Origin: Sphingomicrobium sp.
Lineage (GTDB): Bacteria > Pseudomonadota > Alphaproteobacteria > Sphingomonadales > Sphingomonadaceae
Assembly (NCBI GenBank): GCA_046593565.1
Contig: JBKJNP010000127.1
Coordinates: forward strand, 1-37,534
Direction of reading: 5' to 3'
DNA length: 37,534 nt
Shown here: piece by piece, positions 17,885 to 27,470 of the stretch
Layout of the letters: each line of letters begins with the position of its first letter
Position numbering within the stretch: the first letter of the stretch is position 1
Translations under genes and position numbers: made by a program
The notes under the pieces: generated by a model
What the model was told of the DNA's origin: nothing
The model's database searches: none
What the model saw: only the letters and a program-made list of their open reading frames with translations

Positions 17885-19486
17885 TCAGCGGCGGGGCAAT
17901 GCCACGATCCGCACCACCGGTCCACCGCTACGGCCCGGCACCGGTCGGAACAGGGCAATTGTCCGCCCGCCGGCAAGCAGGCGGTGATAAGCGGCGACTT
18001 CGGCCGGGTAGCGGCTGCGCTCAAGCTGGTAGAGGTCGTAATAGGCCAGTACCGCAAAGTCGGCGCGGCAGGTTTCAAGGCGGTTCTGAGCGACATTGCC
18101 GAGGTCGATGATCGGGCTTGCACCGCGCAAGGACTGGACCTCGTCGAAATCGACCCCGCCGCGCAGGAGCGCAACGCCATCGACGCAACCGGCGCTGCCA
18201 ATCGGGAACAGGATGGTCCACGGCCGCTCGCGCAGGCTGAGCTCGAGATGCTCGAACAAGACGCGGCCGCCGGTCGGGAAATTGGTGCTGGCCCAGCGCG
18301 CCGCCCGGGCGCGTGTATCGTTGCCACGTTCCCGCGACTGGGCGATCGCCGCCATGACAGGGGCGGCGCCGACAGCGAGGGCCAAAGCGGCAATGGCGAA
18401 GCGATTGGCGAGCAGTCGCGCAATCGAGACGATGGCGAAGCCGGCGCCGATACACAGCATCGGCATCACCGGCAGTACCCAGCGCGACCAGATCAAATTC
18501 TGGGTGCAGATCAGGCCGAGGAACAGCAAGGTAGCGGGGATCATCGTCCAGCGCGCGACCGGGCTGCGGCTCGCCGAAAATGCGAGGCCGGCGAGGGCGA
18601 GGGTGAGACCGACGACGCCCATCGACCCGGCGACCGGATCGCCGAGGTAATAGAAGAGATTGTCGACGAAGGTGCCGCCGTTATGGGCAAGGTGGCCAGC
18701 CTTCACTTCGCCGCTGATGTTGGCGAGGACGGTCGGCCAGTCGAGGAAGATGTAGGGCGAGGCGAGGAAGATGGCGGCCAGCGCGGCGACCCCGGCGGCG
18801 ATTAGCCACCATGAGGGCAGGCGCTCCTTCAGGCTGGCCAAAACGAAAGCGCCGATCACCGCAATGAACACAGTGGCGGCGGGCCATTTGGTGGCCGTGG
18901 CAAGGCCAGCGAAGGCCCCGGCGATGAGCAAGTCGCGCAAGCGGCGATGCTCGACGGTTCGCACTGCGAACATCATGCAGGCGAGCATGAACACGCTGGC
19001 GTTGATGTCGGTGCGGATGACCTGCGACCAGGCGATGTGGAGGGAATTGATGGCGAGCAAGGCGGCGGCGACGAGGCCGGCCGCGGTGCCGTGGAAGCGG
19101 CGGCCAAGGTAATAGGTCAGGCCGACGCACAGGGTGCCGATTAGCGCCATCGCCACGCGGGCGGGGACGAATAGCAGGGCCGGGTCGGCATAGGCTGCGC
19201 GGGAGAAATCGGCGATATCGGTGTAGCGACCTGAAGCCAGCCCGACCGAGGCGACCGCCGCGTCGATCGCGGCGACGAGATAGATGGTGGTCGAACCGGG
19301 GTGGCCGAACCAGCCGGGGTTGAGCGTCCCTTCGGCCAACATCCGTAATGCCGTGATCATGAAGATCGGCTCGTCCGGGTCGTACATGCTGGGCAGGCCG
19401 AAGCCGATATTGTGGAGCCGCCAGCCAAGCGCGACCAGCAGAATTGCTGCAAGCGCGATTCTCCTTTGGGCGCGCTTGGCGATCAC
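17885..19486 (-). CDS. ArnT/PMT-like GT-C glycosyltransferase (GT39/GT83-like)
   Basis: First loop [12 protein letters not shown] (acidic DE), [11 protein letters not shown](V)[19 protein letters not shown] and SRWVLP; multiple TM segments and a periplasmic C-terminal domain. Confidence 0.8.
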   Translation of the reverse strand: MIAKRAQRRIALAAILLVALGWRLHNIGFGLPSMYDPDEPIFMITALRMLAEGTLNPGWFGHPGSTTIYLVAAIDAAVASVGLASGRYTDIADFSRAAYADPALLFVPARVAMALIGTLCVGLTYYLGRRFHGTAAGLVAAALLAINSLHIAWSQVIRTDINASVFMLACMMFAVRTVEHRRLRDLLIAGAFAGLATATKWPAATVFIAVIGAFVLASLKERLPSWWLIAAGVAALAAIFLASPYIFLDWPTVLANISGEVKAGHLAHNGGTFVDNLFYYLGDPVAGSMGVVGLTLALAGLAFSASRSPVARWTMIPATLLFLGLICTQNLIWSRWVLPVMPMLCIGAGFAIVSIARLLANRFAIAALALAVGAAPVMAAIAQSRERGNDTRARAARWASTNFPTGGRVLFEHLELSLRERPWTILFPIGSAGCVDGVALLRGGVDFDEVQSLRGASPIIDLGNVAQNRLETCRADFAVLAYYDLYQLERSRYPAEVAAYHRLLAGGRTIALFRPVPGRSGGPVVRIVALPRR

Positions 19487-19558
19487 GATTGTCCGGCTTT
19501 CCTGATGGCGTTCACCGCGCCCTAGGGCAGCGGCGACCGGCCAACAAGGCAGCGCGAA

Positions 19559-20500
19559 CTACAGCCAGAACGGCTCCGGCTGGACGTGCCAGCTGGTGGG
19601 CACGGGGGTGGCGGCATTGGCGTCGTTGGGGGTGAAGCCGCCGGTGGCGGTGCCGAGCCAGTTCGACAGCGTGCCGTCGGTGTGGCGCCACAATATGTCG
19701 TCGCGGCCGTCGCCGTTATAGTCGCCGACCGCCACCACGCTCCACGCCAGCGGCACGTTGGTGCCCGACACGCCGCCATTGTTGACGAAGCCGCCATTGG
19801 CCTGCCCGAGCCAGTTGCTGAGCGTGCCATCGGTGTGGCGCCACAAGATGTCGTCGCGCCCGTCGCCGTTGAAATCGCCCGTGCCGGCGATCTTCCACGC
19901 CGGATCGACCATGGTCAGCGCGACCGCATCGTTGAGCGTGAAGCCGCCAGTGGCGGTGCCGAGCCAGTTGGAGAGCTGGCCATTGTCATTGCGCCACAGC
20001 ACGTCGTCGCGCCCGTCGCCGTTGAAATCGCCGGTGCCCGCGACATGCCAATTGGTCGGTGCGAAGCGCGCGGCATTGGCGTCATTGGCGGTGAAGCCGC
20101 CGACCGCGGTGCCGAGCCAGTTGCTGACCGTGCCGTCATTATGGCGCCACAAGATGTCGTCGCGCCCGTCGCCGTTGAAATCGCCGATGCCGACCACATG
20201 CCACGCGGTGGGGACGACCGCGGCGGCATTGGCGTTGTTCTGAGTGAAGCCGCCGGCTGCCGTGGCCAGCCAGTTGGAGATCTGGCCATCGACGTTGCGC
20301 CACAAAATATCGTCGCGGCCGTCGCCGTTGAAATCACCGGCGCCGGCAATCTGCCACGCCACCGGAACGACCGCGGCGGCATTGGCATTGTTCTGGACGA
20401 ACCCGCCATTGGCCTGGCCGAGCCAGTTGGACATCTGGCCATCGACATTGCGCCACAAAATGTCGCTGCGCCCGTCGCCGTTGAAGTCGTTGCGGGCGTC
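19559..20500 (-). repeat. Six tandem 153-bp (51-aa) FG-GAP/VCBS-like repeats, copy 1
   Basis: Unit GDFNGDGRDDILWRxxDGxxSNWLGxAxGGFxxNxANAAxxVPxxWxVxGx occurs six times and ends QPEPFWL. Confidence 0.92.
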
Positions 20501-23500
20501 GTTGGTGGTCGGGGCGATACCGCCGGGATAGACCGTGGGCGTCGGCGCCGTCGGAATGACCCGATCGGCGATTGCGGCGACACCGAAAGTGAAGTGGCTC
20601 GCCGAGATGTTGGCCAGCAATTGGTTCGCCAGGATCAGTGTCGCGCCGGCCCCGAAAGTGACCACGACATCATTGCCGACCTGCTGGATGCTCGACCAGG
20701 CGGAATAGCCGCGGACGTGGATCTGATCGACTCCGGGGGCGAAGTCGGTGATCGTGTCGACCCCGAACCCGGTTTCGTATCGGAAGATGTCGGCACCGAC
20801 GCCGCCGGTAAGAATGTCGTTCCCGCCGCCACCGGACAGGAGATCGTTGCCAAAGCCGCCAAGCAAGGTCTGCGCCCCCAGGCCGGCGAGCAATTGGTCA
20901 TTGCCTTCATTGCCGCGGATCGTCCCGGTCACGGTGCCGAGGCGGCCGTCGTAAACATCGTTCGACCCGCCCAGATCGACACTGCCCTGAATCGAGCCGG
21001 TGTTGACGATGGTCGCGAAATGATTGTCGCCCGACCCCCCAACCAGGTAGATGTCGCCGATCAACGAGCCGCTGTTGTAGATCGACAGCATGCCAGTGTA
21101 GCCATAATCAGCTTGATAGGTCGTTCGGATCGAAAACTCGCCCTCGATCGTGCCGCTGTTAAAGATGTCTGCATTGCCGCCCCAGCTGACCAGCAGCCCG
21201 GCGCTGTCCTGGGTTGCCGTATTGTCGCTGACGCGGATCGTGCCCCGATTTACGAGCCAGGTATTGGGCGCCATCGGATGGGCGCCGGTGACGAATTCGA
21301 AGCCGGCGCTTCTCCCCCCGCCTTCGATCAGGATATCGCCGCTGTTGAAGATGTGGCCGGCGGTATAGCTGGCACCAAGCGTGGTGGTGCCCAACGCGCG
21401 GCCGGCGGCCTGGACATGCAGCGTGCCGATGTTGCTGATCTGGCCACCGTAATCGACCCCAAAGGCCACCGCATCGCCGGCCAGGCTGGTGACATTCATC
21501 GTGCCGAGATTCCACACATTCTGGACCGCATAGACGCCGACGATGGCCGAGTTATCCGACTGAACGTCGATCACGCCGGTCGACAGGTTGACGACGTCGA
21601 CGCCGGAATTGGAATTGCCGAACCAGTCCGACCGGACCCCATAGGCGGTGGCGCTGGTGTCGGAAACGTGCAGCGAATAACTGCCGCTGTTGTAGAAATC
21701 AGCCGCGCCGCCGCCGGAATCGGCCAGGATGATGCCGATTCCCCGGCGGAGGACGTCGCCGGTCTCGAACGGCGCGGGATTGTCGATCGTCAGCCGGTTC
21801 CCCGGATTGAGAGTCAAAGTCGCGCTCTGGATTACGATCGTCTGGTCTTGGGCGACCGGGACGTTCGAAAGCTGGGTCGCCGAATAGGTCACTCCGGCCT
21901 GAACGGTTGCCAACTGGACGTTGCGCAAGGTCACGCGATCGGTCGCCGATAGAATCAGCACGACATCCGAGCCCACCTGGCTGATTGACTGCGCACCCGA
22001 AAAGCCATGAATTCCAAGCGTATCGCCGACGGCGAAATCCTGCACCACGTCGGCGCCGTCGCCGAGGCTGAACAGGAAAATGTCGTTACCCGACCCGCCA
22101 GTCATGACGTCGTTGCCGCGTTCCCCGCGAAGCACGTCATCGCCGCCACGACCGTCGAGTTGGTCGGCTCCACCGGCACCGATGATCAGATTACCAACGG
22201 AAGAGCCTAAAAGGATATCGTTGCCATGCGAGCCGATGACATCCTCGATCCCGATCAGCGTATCATTGCTTTGCCCGTCGCTCGCGCTGCCTGCGGCGAG
22301 ATCGACCGTCACCGGGAACGGCGATTCGGAAAAGGAGACGGTGTCGAAGCCCGCGCCGCCGTCGATGGCATCGTTGCCAAGACCGCCGTCGAGGAAATCG
22401 TCGCCCCCGCCGCCGGACAGATTGTCGCTGCCAATATCGCCATAAAAGGTCTCGACCCCGGCGCCGCCGATCAGCGTGTCGTTGCCATTGCCACCTTCGA
22501 CCGTGCCATGATGCACGCCAGTGGCGCCTTCGTAGCGATCATTGCCGTCCTCGAGCAATGTCGCGCCGCTCATGGTGCCGCTGTTCTGGACGACGTCGTT
22601 GCCCGCGGCGAGCATCACCGCGCCCTCGATGATCCCGCTGTTATGAAGAATGTCGACGGCCTGGTAGGCGTCTGACCCGGACCGGATAAAGGTGTCGGCG
22701 TAGATCGCGATGTCGGCGACAATCGTACCGCTGTTATAGTGGTGATATTCGATGCCGGTCCGTTCGCCGATATATACGCCGATGCTCGCGTAAGGCGAAC
22801 TGGCCGTGACTTGGGCGGTGATCGTCCCGCTATTGTTGAAGAACGAGCCAAGCATGTCGACCCAATAGAGTCCGATGGCGGACTGGCCGCCGGTGACATT
22901 GATGGTTCCGCGATTGTCGGCGGTCCCGTCGACATAGGCGCCGGTCGCGTCACGCGCGGCGGTAACGGTGATCGTCCCGTAGTTGAGCACCGACCCGCCG
23001 CCCTGGCCAATTGCGTCGCCGCCATCGGACTGGACGGTGATCAGACCATCATTACGGAAATTCGACACCGCGCGCACGCCATAGGCATGGATGCCGACAG
23101 GCACCGCGCGAACCTGCACGCTTCCATCGCTGGCGTTGAGGAAGCTGCTAGTCCCCGCATAGGGCCCGCCATAGACGCCGACCGCCACGCCCATCCCCGG
23201 CATCGTCAGAAGTGACGAGATGGTCCCGTGATTGACCAAATTGTTTGTCGTAGAAACGGCGAAGGTGAAGGCAGCACTGTTCCCGTCAACCGGCGTGACA
23301 TCGACTTCGGAACGCGTCGTGCCCGCCGCGATCGTCAGGTCGCCCGAGACGATCGTGCCCCAATTGGCCACGGCGTGCGGGTTGTATCCTCCGAAATTCG
23401 CCGACGTGAATTGGGCAAGGCTAGTGTTGAGGAAACGCACGACCGCTTCTTGCGCAAACTGGACCGCGTCATATCCCTGACGGTGGAACCACATTTCCAC

Positions 23501-26395
23501 GTCATTGCCGACCTGGCGAAGCTCGACATGGCCCCTGACGAACGGGTCGAACCCCGGCACGGCGAAGATATTGGCATCGCCTAGAGGCGACTCAAGGAAT
23601 ACCCGCAGGTCGAAGACGTCACCGCCATTGCCGGTGGCGAAGTCGGTAACGACCAACGGTCCGTGGATGTTGTAGGACGAGGCCCATTCGATCCGGTCCT
23701 GTCCGGCACCCAGTGTCAGCGGCCCGAATGCATGGACCATACGCACGATGTCGTTGCCGGCACCAAGGTCGACCGAATAGCCCTGGCGGATCCAGCCATT
23801 GCCGATGGTGACGAGGTCATTGCCGTCCCCGGCCGACAGGCTCCCCAGCGTCGGCGCCAGCGAATCATGATATATCGAGATATTGATCGTGTCGTTGCCG
23901 GTCCCGCCGAAGACCGTGTCGATTCCAAACCAGTCATAGATCAGATCGTCGCCGTCGCCGCCGTCGACCGTGTCGATGCCGAACTCGCCGTCGAGATTGT
24001 CCGATCCGGCCCCGCCGTTCAGCTGATCGTTGCCAGCGCCGCCGCGCAACTGATCGTTGCCATTGCCGCCGGAAAGCGTGTCCGCGCCGTCATGCCCCGA
24101 CAGCATGTCGTTGCCGTCGAGACCGTTCAGCTGATCGTCGCCGCCATTCCCGTAGAGAACGTCGACCCCCGCCGTGCCCGTAAAAATGTCGCCGCCGCTG
24201 CCGCCTGACTGCGTCGGATGGAAAGGCTCATAGCCGATATTGAACGGGGTGAAGGCGGCCGGAGTGGTGTTCGCGAACACGATCAGGGTTTGAAAAAGCG
24301 GAATAGAGGTGTGGGTGTTGAACGTCCTCACCTGAAGCTCGGTATTGGCGCCGACCTGCACCAGCCGCGCGTCGCCCTCGTAGAAGGGGTTGTAATCAGG
24401 GTCGCCGTTCATGCAGATTTGCTCGACGTAGCCGGCCCACTCGAGCCGGTCCCCGCCCGCTCCGGTAGTGAAATCCTGGACGATGATCGGATCGATTCCG
24501 GTGCTCGAAAGGTCAAGCGCCAGTTCAAGCACGTCGGCGCCGGCCCCGAGGGTGACGTAGGTTCCGCGGTTGGGCGCGTCGCGCAGGATGAGGCGATCGT
24601 TGCCCGCGCCGAGGTCGACATTCACCAGGCCCTCATACCAGGCCACGTCGACGACGTCATTGCCGGTTCCGGCATCGATGGTGACGGTTTTCAGCCCGGC
24701 AATGAACGAGTCGTATCGCGCCAGGATGATCCGATCGTCGCCAGCACCGCCGATCAGCATATCATTGCCTGACAGGCGATCCTCGATCAGATCGTTGCCA
24801 TCGCCGCCATTGAGCGTGTCGGAAGCAAACGTGCCGATGAGATGATCATTGCCGGCGGTCGTGGTGCCGACGTTGAGCCCGGACACCGATCCGTCGGGCG
24901 CATAGCCATTGAAGTTGAATGCCGTCAGGCTGCTCGCACTGACGTTGAGCAGGCGGGCGACCTGAATCCATTCCTGGTTCGACCCGCTGGCATCGTAGTC
25001 GAGCATGATGATGGTGTCGGCCCCGGACTGGCGAAGCGACAAATATCCGCCTGAAAACGGATTGGCGATCCCGTCCCAGCCGCTGCCCAGGGCGCTCTGC
25101 ATGACCTCGCCAAGATGCAGGACGTCGCCGCTGTTGCCGACGGCAAAGTCGGTGATGACCATCGTGTCCGGATTGCTCAGTCCACGAAAATTGAAATAAA
25201 TGAACGAGACATGGTCCTGACCCGCGCCGAGCGTAAGATAGACCGAGAATAGTCCGCGCGGGACTTCGAAGCGGTCGTTGCCGGCGCCAAGATCGACGTT
25301 TAGCGATCCGCCATCCGCATTGACGATCCGGACGAAATCGTCGCCGTCGCCGCCGTTGACGGTGAGGGCGGTGACACCGGCGCCTTGGGGGCGATTGATG
25401 TCGATCGTATCGTTGCCGGCACCGCCGTCAAGCACATCGTTGCCGACCGGATCGAGCAAAATATCATCGCCATCCCCGCCGCGGAGAACGTCATTGCCGT
25501 AGCCGCCGTCGAGGATGTCGTTGCCGCTTCCGCCGTCGAGCACGTCACCGACCGCGCTGCCGGTCAGCCGGTCATTGCCGCCAAGGCCATTGACGGTGGA
25601 TCCGGCCGGGTCGGCATGCAGCCACTCCGATCCGGCGGTGCCACTAATGATGGTGCGCAGCGGGGCGCTGCCATCGGGTGCGAATCCGGCGAAATTGTAG
25701 GCGGTGAGAGCGCCGATGGTAACGTTCGACAGGCGGACGACTTCGCGATCGTACCAGCCGCTGGTTTCCGGCCCGGCCGCGCCGTCGAGATCGATCCGGA
25801 CGATGACATCGGCCCCCGACTGCACCAGCACCAGATGGCCGCTTGCGAACGGATTGGCGGCATGGGGAAAGGTCGCGAGCAGGATGTGGACGAGCCCGCC
25901 AAGATCGAGGATGTCCCCGCCCGCTCCGGCGGTGAAATCGGTCACTACCAGTGGCTGCGTGTCAATGTAGCGAAGGCCGCTGCCGTAGGCAGTGTCGAGC
26001 ACGATTCGGTCGGCGCCGCTGCCGGTGGTGATCGTTGCGGTCAGTCCGTAATAGACCGCCCGAACAGTTAGAAGATCCGATCCGGCACCAAGGTCGATGG
26101 TGTAGGTGTAGAGCCCGGCGCGATCGATCTCGACCACGTCCGCGCCATCGCCGGCATTGATCACGTTGGTCCAGGCGATGTCCCGATAGATGGTCCCGAA
26201 ATTGGCGTAATTGCTGACCTGGATGAAATCATTGCCAGCGCCGCCGTTGAGTACGTTGTTGCCATTGGAATCGATCAGGATGTCATCGCCGTCGCCGGCA
26301 TTGATCACATCGTCGCCCCAGCCGCCTTCGATCACATCATTGAGTGGTGATCCGGTAAGAAAATCGTCAGCTTGGCTTCCAATGATAGTCGGCAA
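19559..26395 (-). CDS. Large RTX calcium-binding T1SS substrate (adhesin/surface-layer-like) with beta-helix regions and C-terminal FG-GAP repeats
   Basis: Dozens of GGxGxDxL nonapeptides, N-x-G-x-I beta-helix repeats and six GDFNGDGRDDILWR repeats; no Sec signal. Start uncertain (TTG 26395, GTG 26401 or 26470). Confidence 0.88.
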   Translation of the reverse strand: MPTIIGSQADDFLTGSPLNDVIEGGWGDDVINAGDGDDILIDSNGNNVLNGGAGNDFIQVSNYANFGTIYRDIAWTNVINAGDGADVVEIDRAGLYTYTIDLGAGSDLLTVRAVYYGLTATITTGSGADRIVLDTAYGSGLRYIDTQPLVVTDFTAGAGGDILDLGGLVHILLATFPHAANPFASGHLVLVQSGADVIVRIDLDGAAGPETSGWYDREVVRLSNVTIGALTAYNFAGFAPDGSAPLRTIISGTAGSEWLHADPAGSTVNGLGGNDRLTGSAVGDVLDGGSGNDILDGGYGNDVLRGGDGDDILLDPVGNDVLDGGAGNDTIDINRPQGAGVTALTVNGGDGDDFVRIVNADGGSLNVDLGAGNDRFEVPRGLFSVYLTLGAGQDHVSFIYFNFRGLSNPDTMVITDFAVGNSGDVLHLGEVMQSALGSGWDGIANPFSGGYLSLRQSGADTIIMLDYDASGSNQEWIQVARLLNVSASSLTAFNFNGYAPDGSVSGLNVGTTTAGNDHLIGTFASDTLNGGDGNDLIEDRLSGNDMLIGGAGDDRIILARYDSFIAGLKTVTIDAGTGNDVVDVAWYEGLVNVDLGAGNDRLILRDAPNRGTYVTLGAGADVLELALDLSSTGIDPIIVQDFTTGAGGDRLEWAGYVEQICMNGDPDYNPFYEGDARLVQVGANTELQVRTFNTHTSIPLFQTLIVFANTTPAAFTPFNIGYEPFHPTQSGGSGGDIFTGTAGVDVLYGNGGDDQLNGLDGNDMLSGHDGADTLSGGNGNDQLRGGAGNDQLNGGAGSDNLDGEFGIDTVDGGDGDDLIYDWFGIDTVFGGTGNDTINISIYHDSLAPTLGSLSAGDGNDLVTIGNGWIRQGYSVDLGAGNDIVRMVHAFGPLTLGAGQDRIEWASSYNIHGPLVVTDFATGNGGDVFDLRVFLESPLGDANIFAVPGFDPFVRGHVELRQVGNDVEMWFHRQGYDAVQFAQEAVVRFLNTSLAQFTSANFGGYNPHAVANWGTIVSGDLTIAAGTTRSEVDVTPVDGNSAAFTFAVSTTNNLVNHGTISSLLTMPGMGVAVGVYGGPYAGTSSFLNASDGSVQVRAVPVGIHAYGVRAVSNFRNDGLITVQSDGGDAIGQGGGSVLNYGTITVTAARDATGAYVDGTADNRGTINVTGGQSAIGLYWVDMLGSFFNNSGTITAQVTASSPYASIGVYIGERTGIEYHHYNSGTIVADIAIYADTFIRSGSDAYQAVDILHNSGIIEGAVMLAAGNDVVQNSGTMSGATLLEDGNDRYEGATGVHHGTVEGGNGNDTLIGGAGVETFYGDIGSDNLSGGGGDDFLDGGLGNDAIDGGAGFDTVSFSESPFPVTVDLAAGSASDGQSNDTLIGIEDVIGSHGNDILLGSSVGNLIIGAGGADQLDGRGGDDVLRGERGNDVMTGGSGNDIFLFSLGDGADVVQDFAVGDTLGIHGFSGAQSISQVGSDVVLILSATDRVTLRNVQLATVQAGVTYSATQLSNVPVAQDQTIVIQSATLTLNPGNRLTIDNPAPFETGDVLRRGIGIILADSGGGAADFYNSGSYSLHVSDTSATAYGVRSDWFGNSNSGVDVVNLSTGVIDVQSDNSAIVGVYAVQNVWNLGTMNVTSLAGDAVAFGVDYGGQISNIGTLHVQAAGRALGTTTLGASYTAGHIFNSGDILIEGGGRSAGFEFVTGAHPMAPNTWLVNRGTIRVSDNTATQDSAGLLVSWGGNADIFNSGTIEGEFSIRTTYQADYGYTGMLSIYNSGSLIGDIYLVGGSGDNHFATIVNTGSIQGSVDLGGSNDVYDGRLGTVTGTIRGNEGNDQLLAGLGAQTLLGGFGNDLLSGGGGNDILTGGVGADIFRYETGFGVDTITDFAPGVDQIHVRGYSAWSSIQQVGNDVVVTFGAGATLILANQLLANISASHFTFGVAAIADRVIPTAPTPTVYPGGIAPTTNDARNDFNGDGRSDILWRNVDGQMSNWLGQANGGFVQNNANAAAVVPVAWQIAGAGDFNGDGRDDILWRNVDGQISNWLATAAGGFTQNNANAAAVVPTAWHVVGIGDFNGDGRDDILWRHNDGTVSNWLGTAVGGFTANDANAARFAPTNWHVAGTGDFNGDGRDDVLWRNDNGQLSNWLGTATGGFTLNDAVALTMVDPAWKIAGTGDFNGDGRDDILWRHTDGTLSNWLGQANGGFVNNGGVSGTNVPLAWSVVAVGDYNGDGRDDILWRHTDGTLSNWLGTATGGFTPNDANAATPVPTSWHVQPEPFWL
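23375..26395 (-). repeat. Four diverged ~220-280-aa RTX modules in tandem
   Basis: Each module has an RTX roll, then DLGAGxD, LGAG(Q/A)D-like, (T/Q)DFxxGxxGDxL, (N/D)PFxxG, LxQxGxx, and ends in NF(A/N/G)G(F/Y)xP-like sequence. Confidence 0.75.
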
Positions 26396-26528
26396 ACTCA
26401 CCCCCACTCGGCCACTCAACGCAAGATCGGCGCCCCGCAATCCGATAAGGACCGCGAGGCGCCGATGCAAAATCTAGCTCCTAAATCGCTAACTGCAATT
26501 AAATAAAGCGGTTTACGCCGTCCCGACC

Positions 26529-27470
26529 TTAAAGGAAGAACGCTTCCGGCTGGACTTCCCAGCTAACCGGTACGGCGGCGGCAGCATTGGCGTCGTTGGG
26601 GGTGAAGCTGCCGTTGGCGTTGCCCAGCCAGTCGGTCACCGTGCCGTTGGTGTTGCGCCACAAGATGTCGTCGCGCCCGTCGCCGTTATAATCGCCGACC
26701 GCAACCACGCTCCACGCCAGCGGCACGAACGTCCCGGCGATGGCGCCATTGTTGATGAACCCACCATTGGCCTGGCCGAGCCAGTTGCTGAGCTGGCCAT
26801 TGTCGTTGCGCCACAAGATGTCGTCGCGCCCGTCACCGTTGAAGTCGCCGGTGCCGACCACGTGCCAGGCGGTATCGACATTGGTCAAAGCGATGGCATC
26901 GTTGAGGACGAAGCCGCCATTGGCCTGGCCGAGCCAGTCGCTGATCTGGCCATTGGAATTGCGCCACAGGATATCGTCACGCCCGTCGCCGTTGAAATCG
27001 CCAGTGCCGACCACGGACCATGAGGTGGGGACGAAGCGGGCGGCATTGGCGTCGTTGGGGGTGAAGCCCCCGGCCGCGGTGCCAAGCCAGTCGCTGACCG
27101 TGCCGTCGCTGTTGCGCCACAGGATGTCGTCGCGCCCGTCGCCGTTGAAATCGCCGGTGCCGACCACCTGCCATGCAACCGGTACGACCGCCGCGGCATT
27201 AGCATTGTTCGGCAAGAAGCCGCCGGATGCGGTGCCGAGCCAGTTGGAAAGCTGGCCATCGGTGTTGCGCCACAGGATATCGTCGCGCCCGTCGCCGTTG
27301 AAGTCGCCGGTGCCCGCGACCTGCCATGAGGTCGGGACGACCGAGGCGGCATTGGCATTGTTCTGGACGAAGCCGCCGGTCGCGGTGCCGAGCCAGTTGC
27401 TGAGCTGGCCATCGACGTTGCGCCACAAAATATCGCTGCGCCCGTCGCCGTTGAAGTCGTTGCGCACGTC
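26529..27470 (-). repeat. Six tandem 153-bp FG-GAP/VCBS-like repeats, copy 2
   Basis: Same 942-bp span and blade order as 19559-20500; ends QPEAFFL. Confidence 0.92.

Noticed and set aside
19586-21952. 788-aa plus-strand ORF and other long antisense ORFs (e.g. 11777-13423, 15748-17001, 31888-33237, 9793-11007)
   Set aside because: Shadow frames of well-supported genes in high-GC DNA; they carry no family motifs and their repeats just mirror the sense-strand repeats.
19559-27470. Regularly spaced DNA repeats (e.g. GTCGTCGCGCCCGTCGCCGTTGAA) as a CRISPR array
   Set aside because: The period is 153 bp and in frame, the 'spacers' are homologous to each other, variation is largely synonymous, and there are no cas genes; these are protein repeats.
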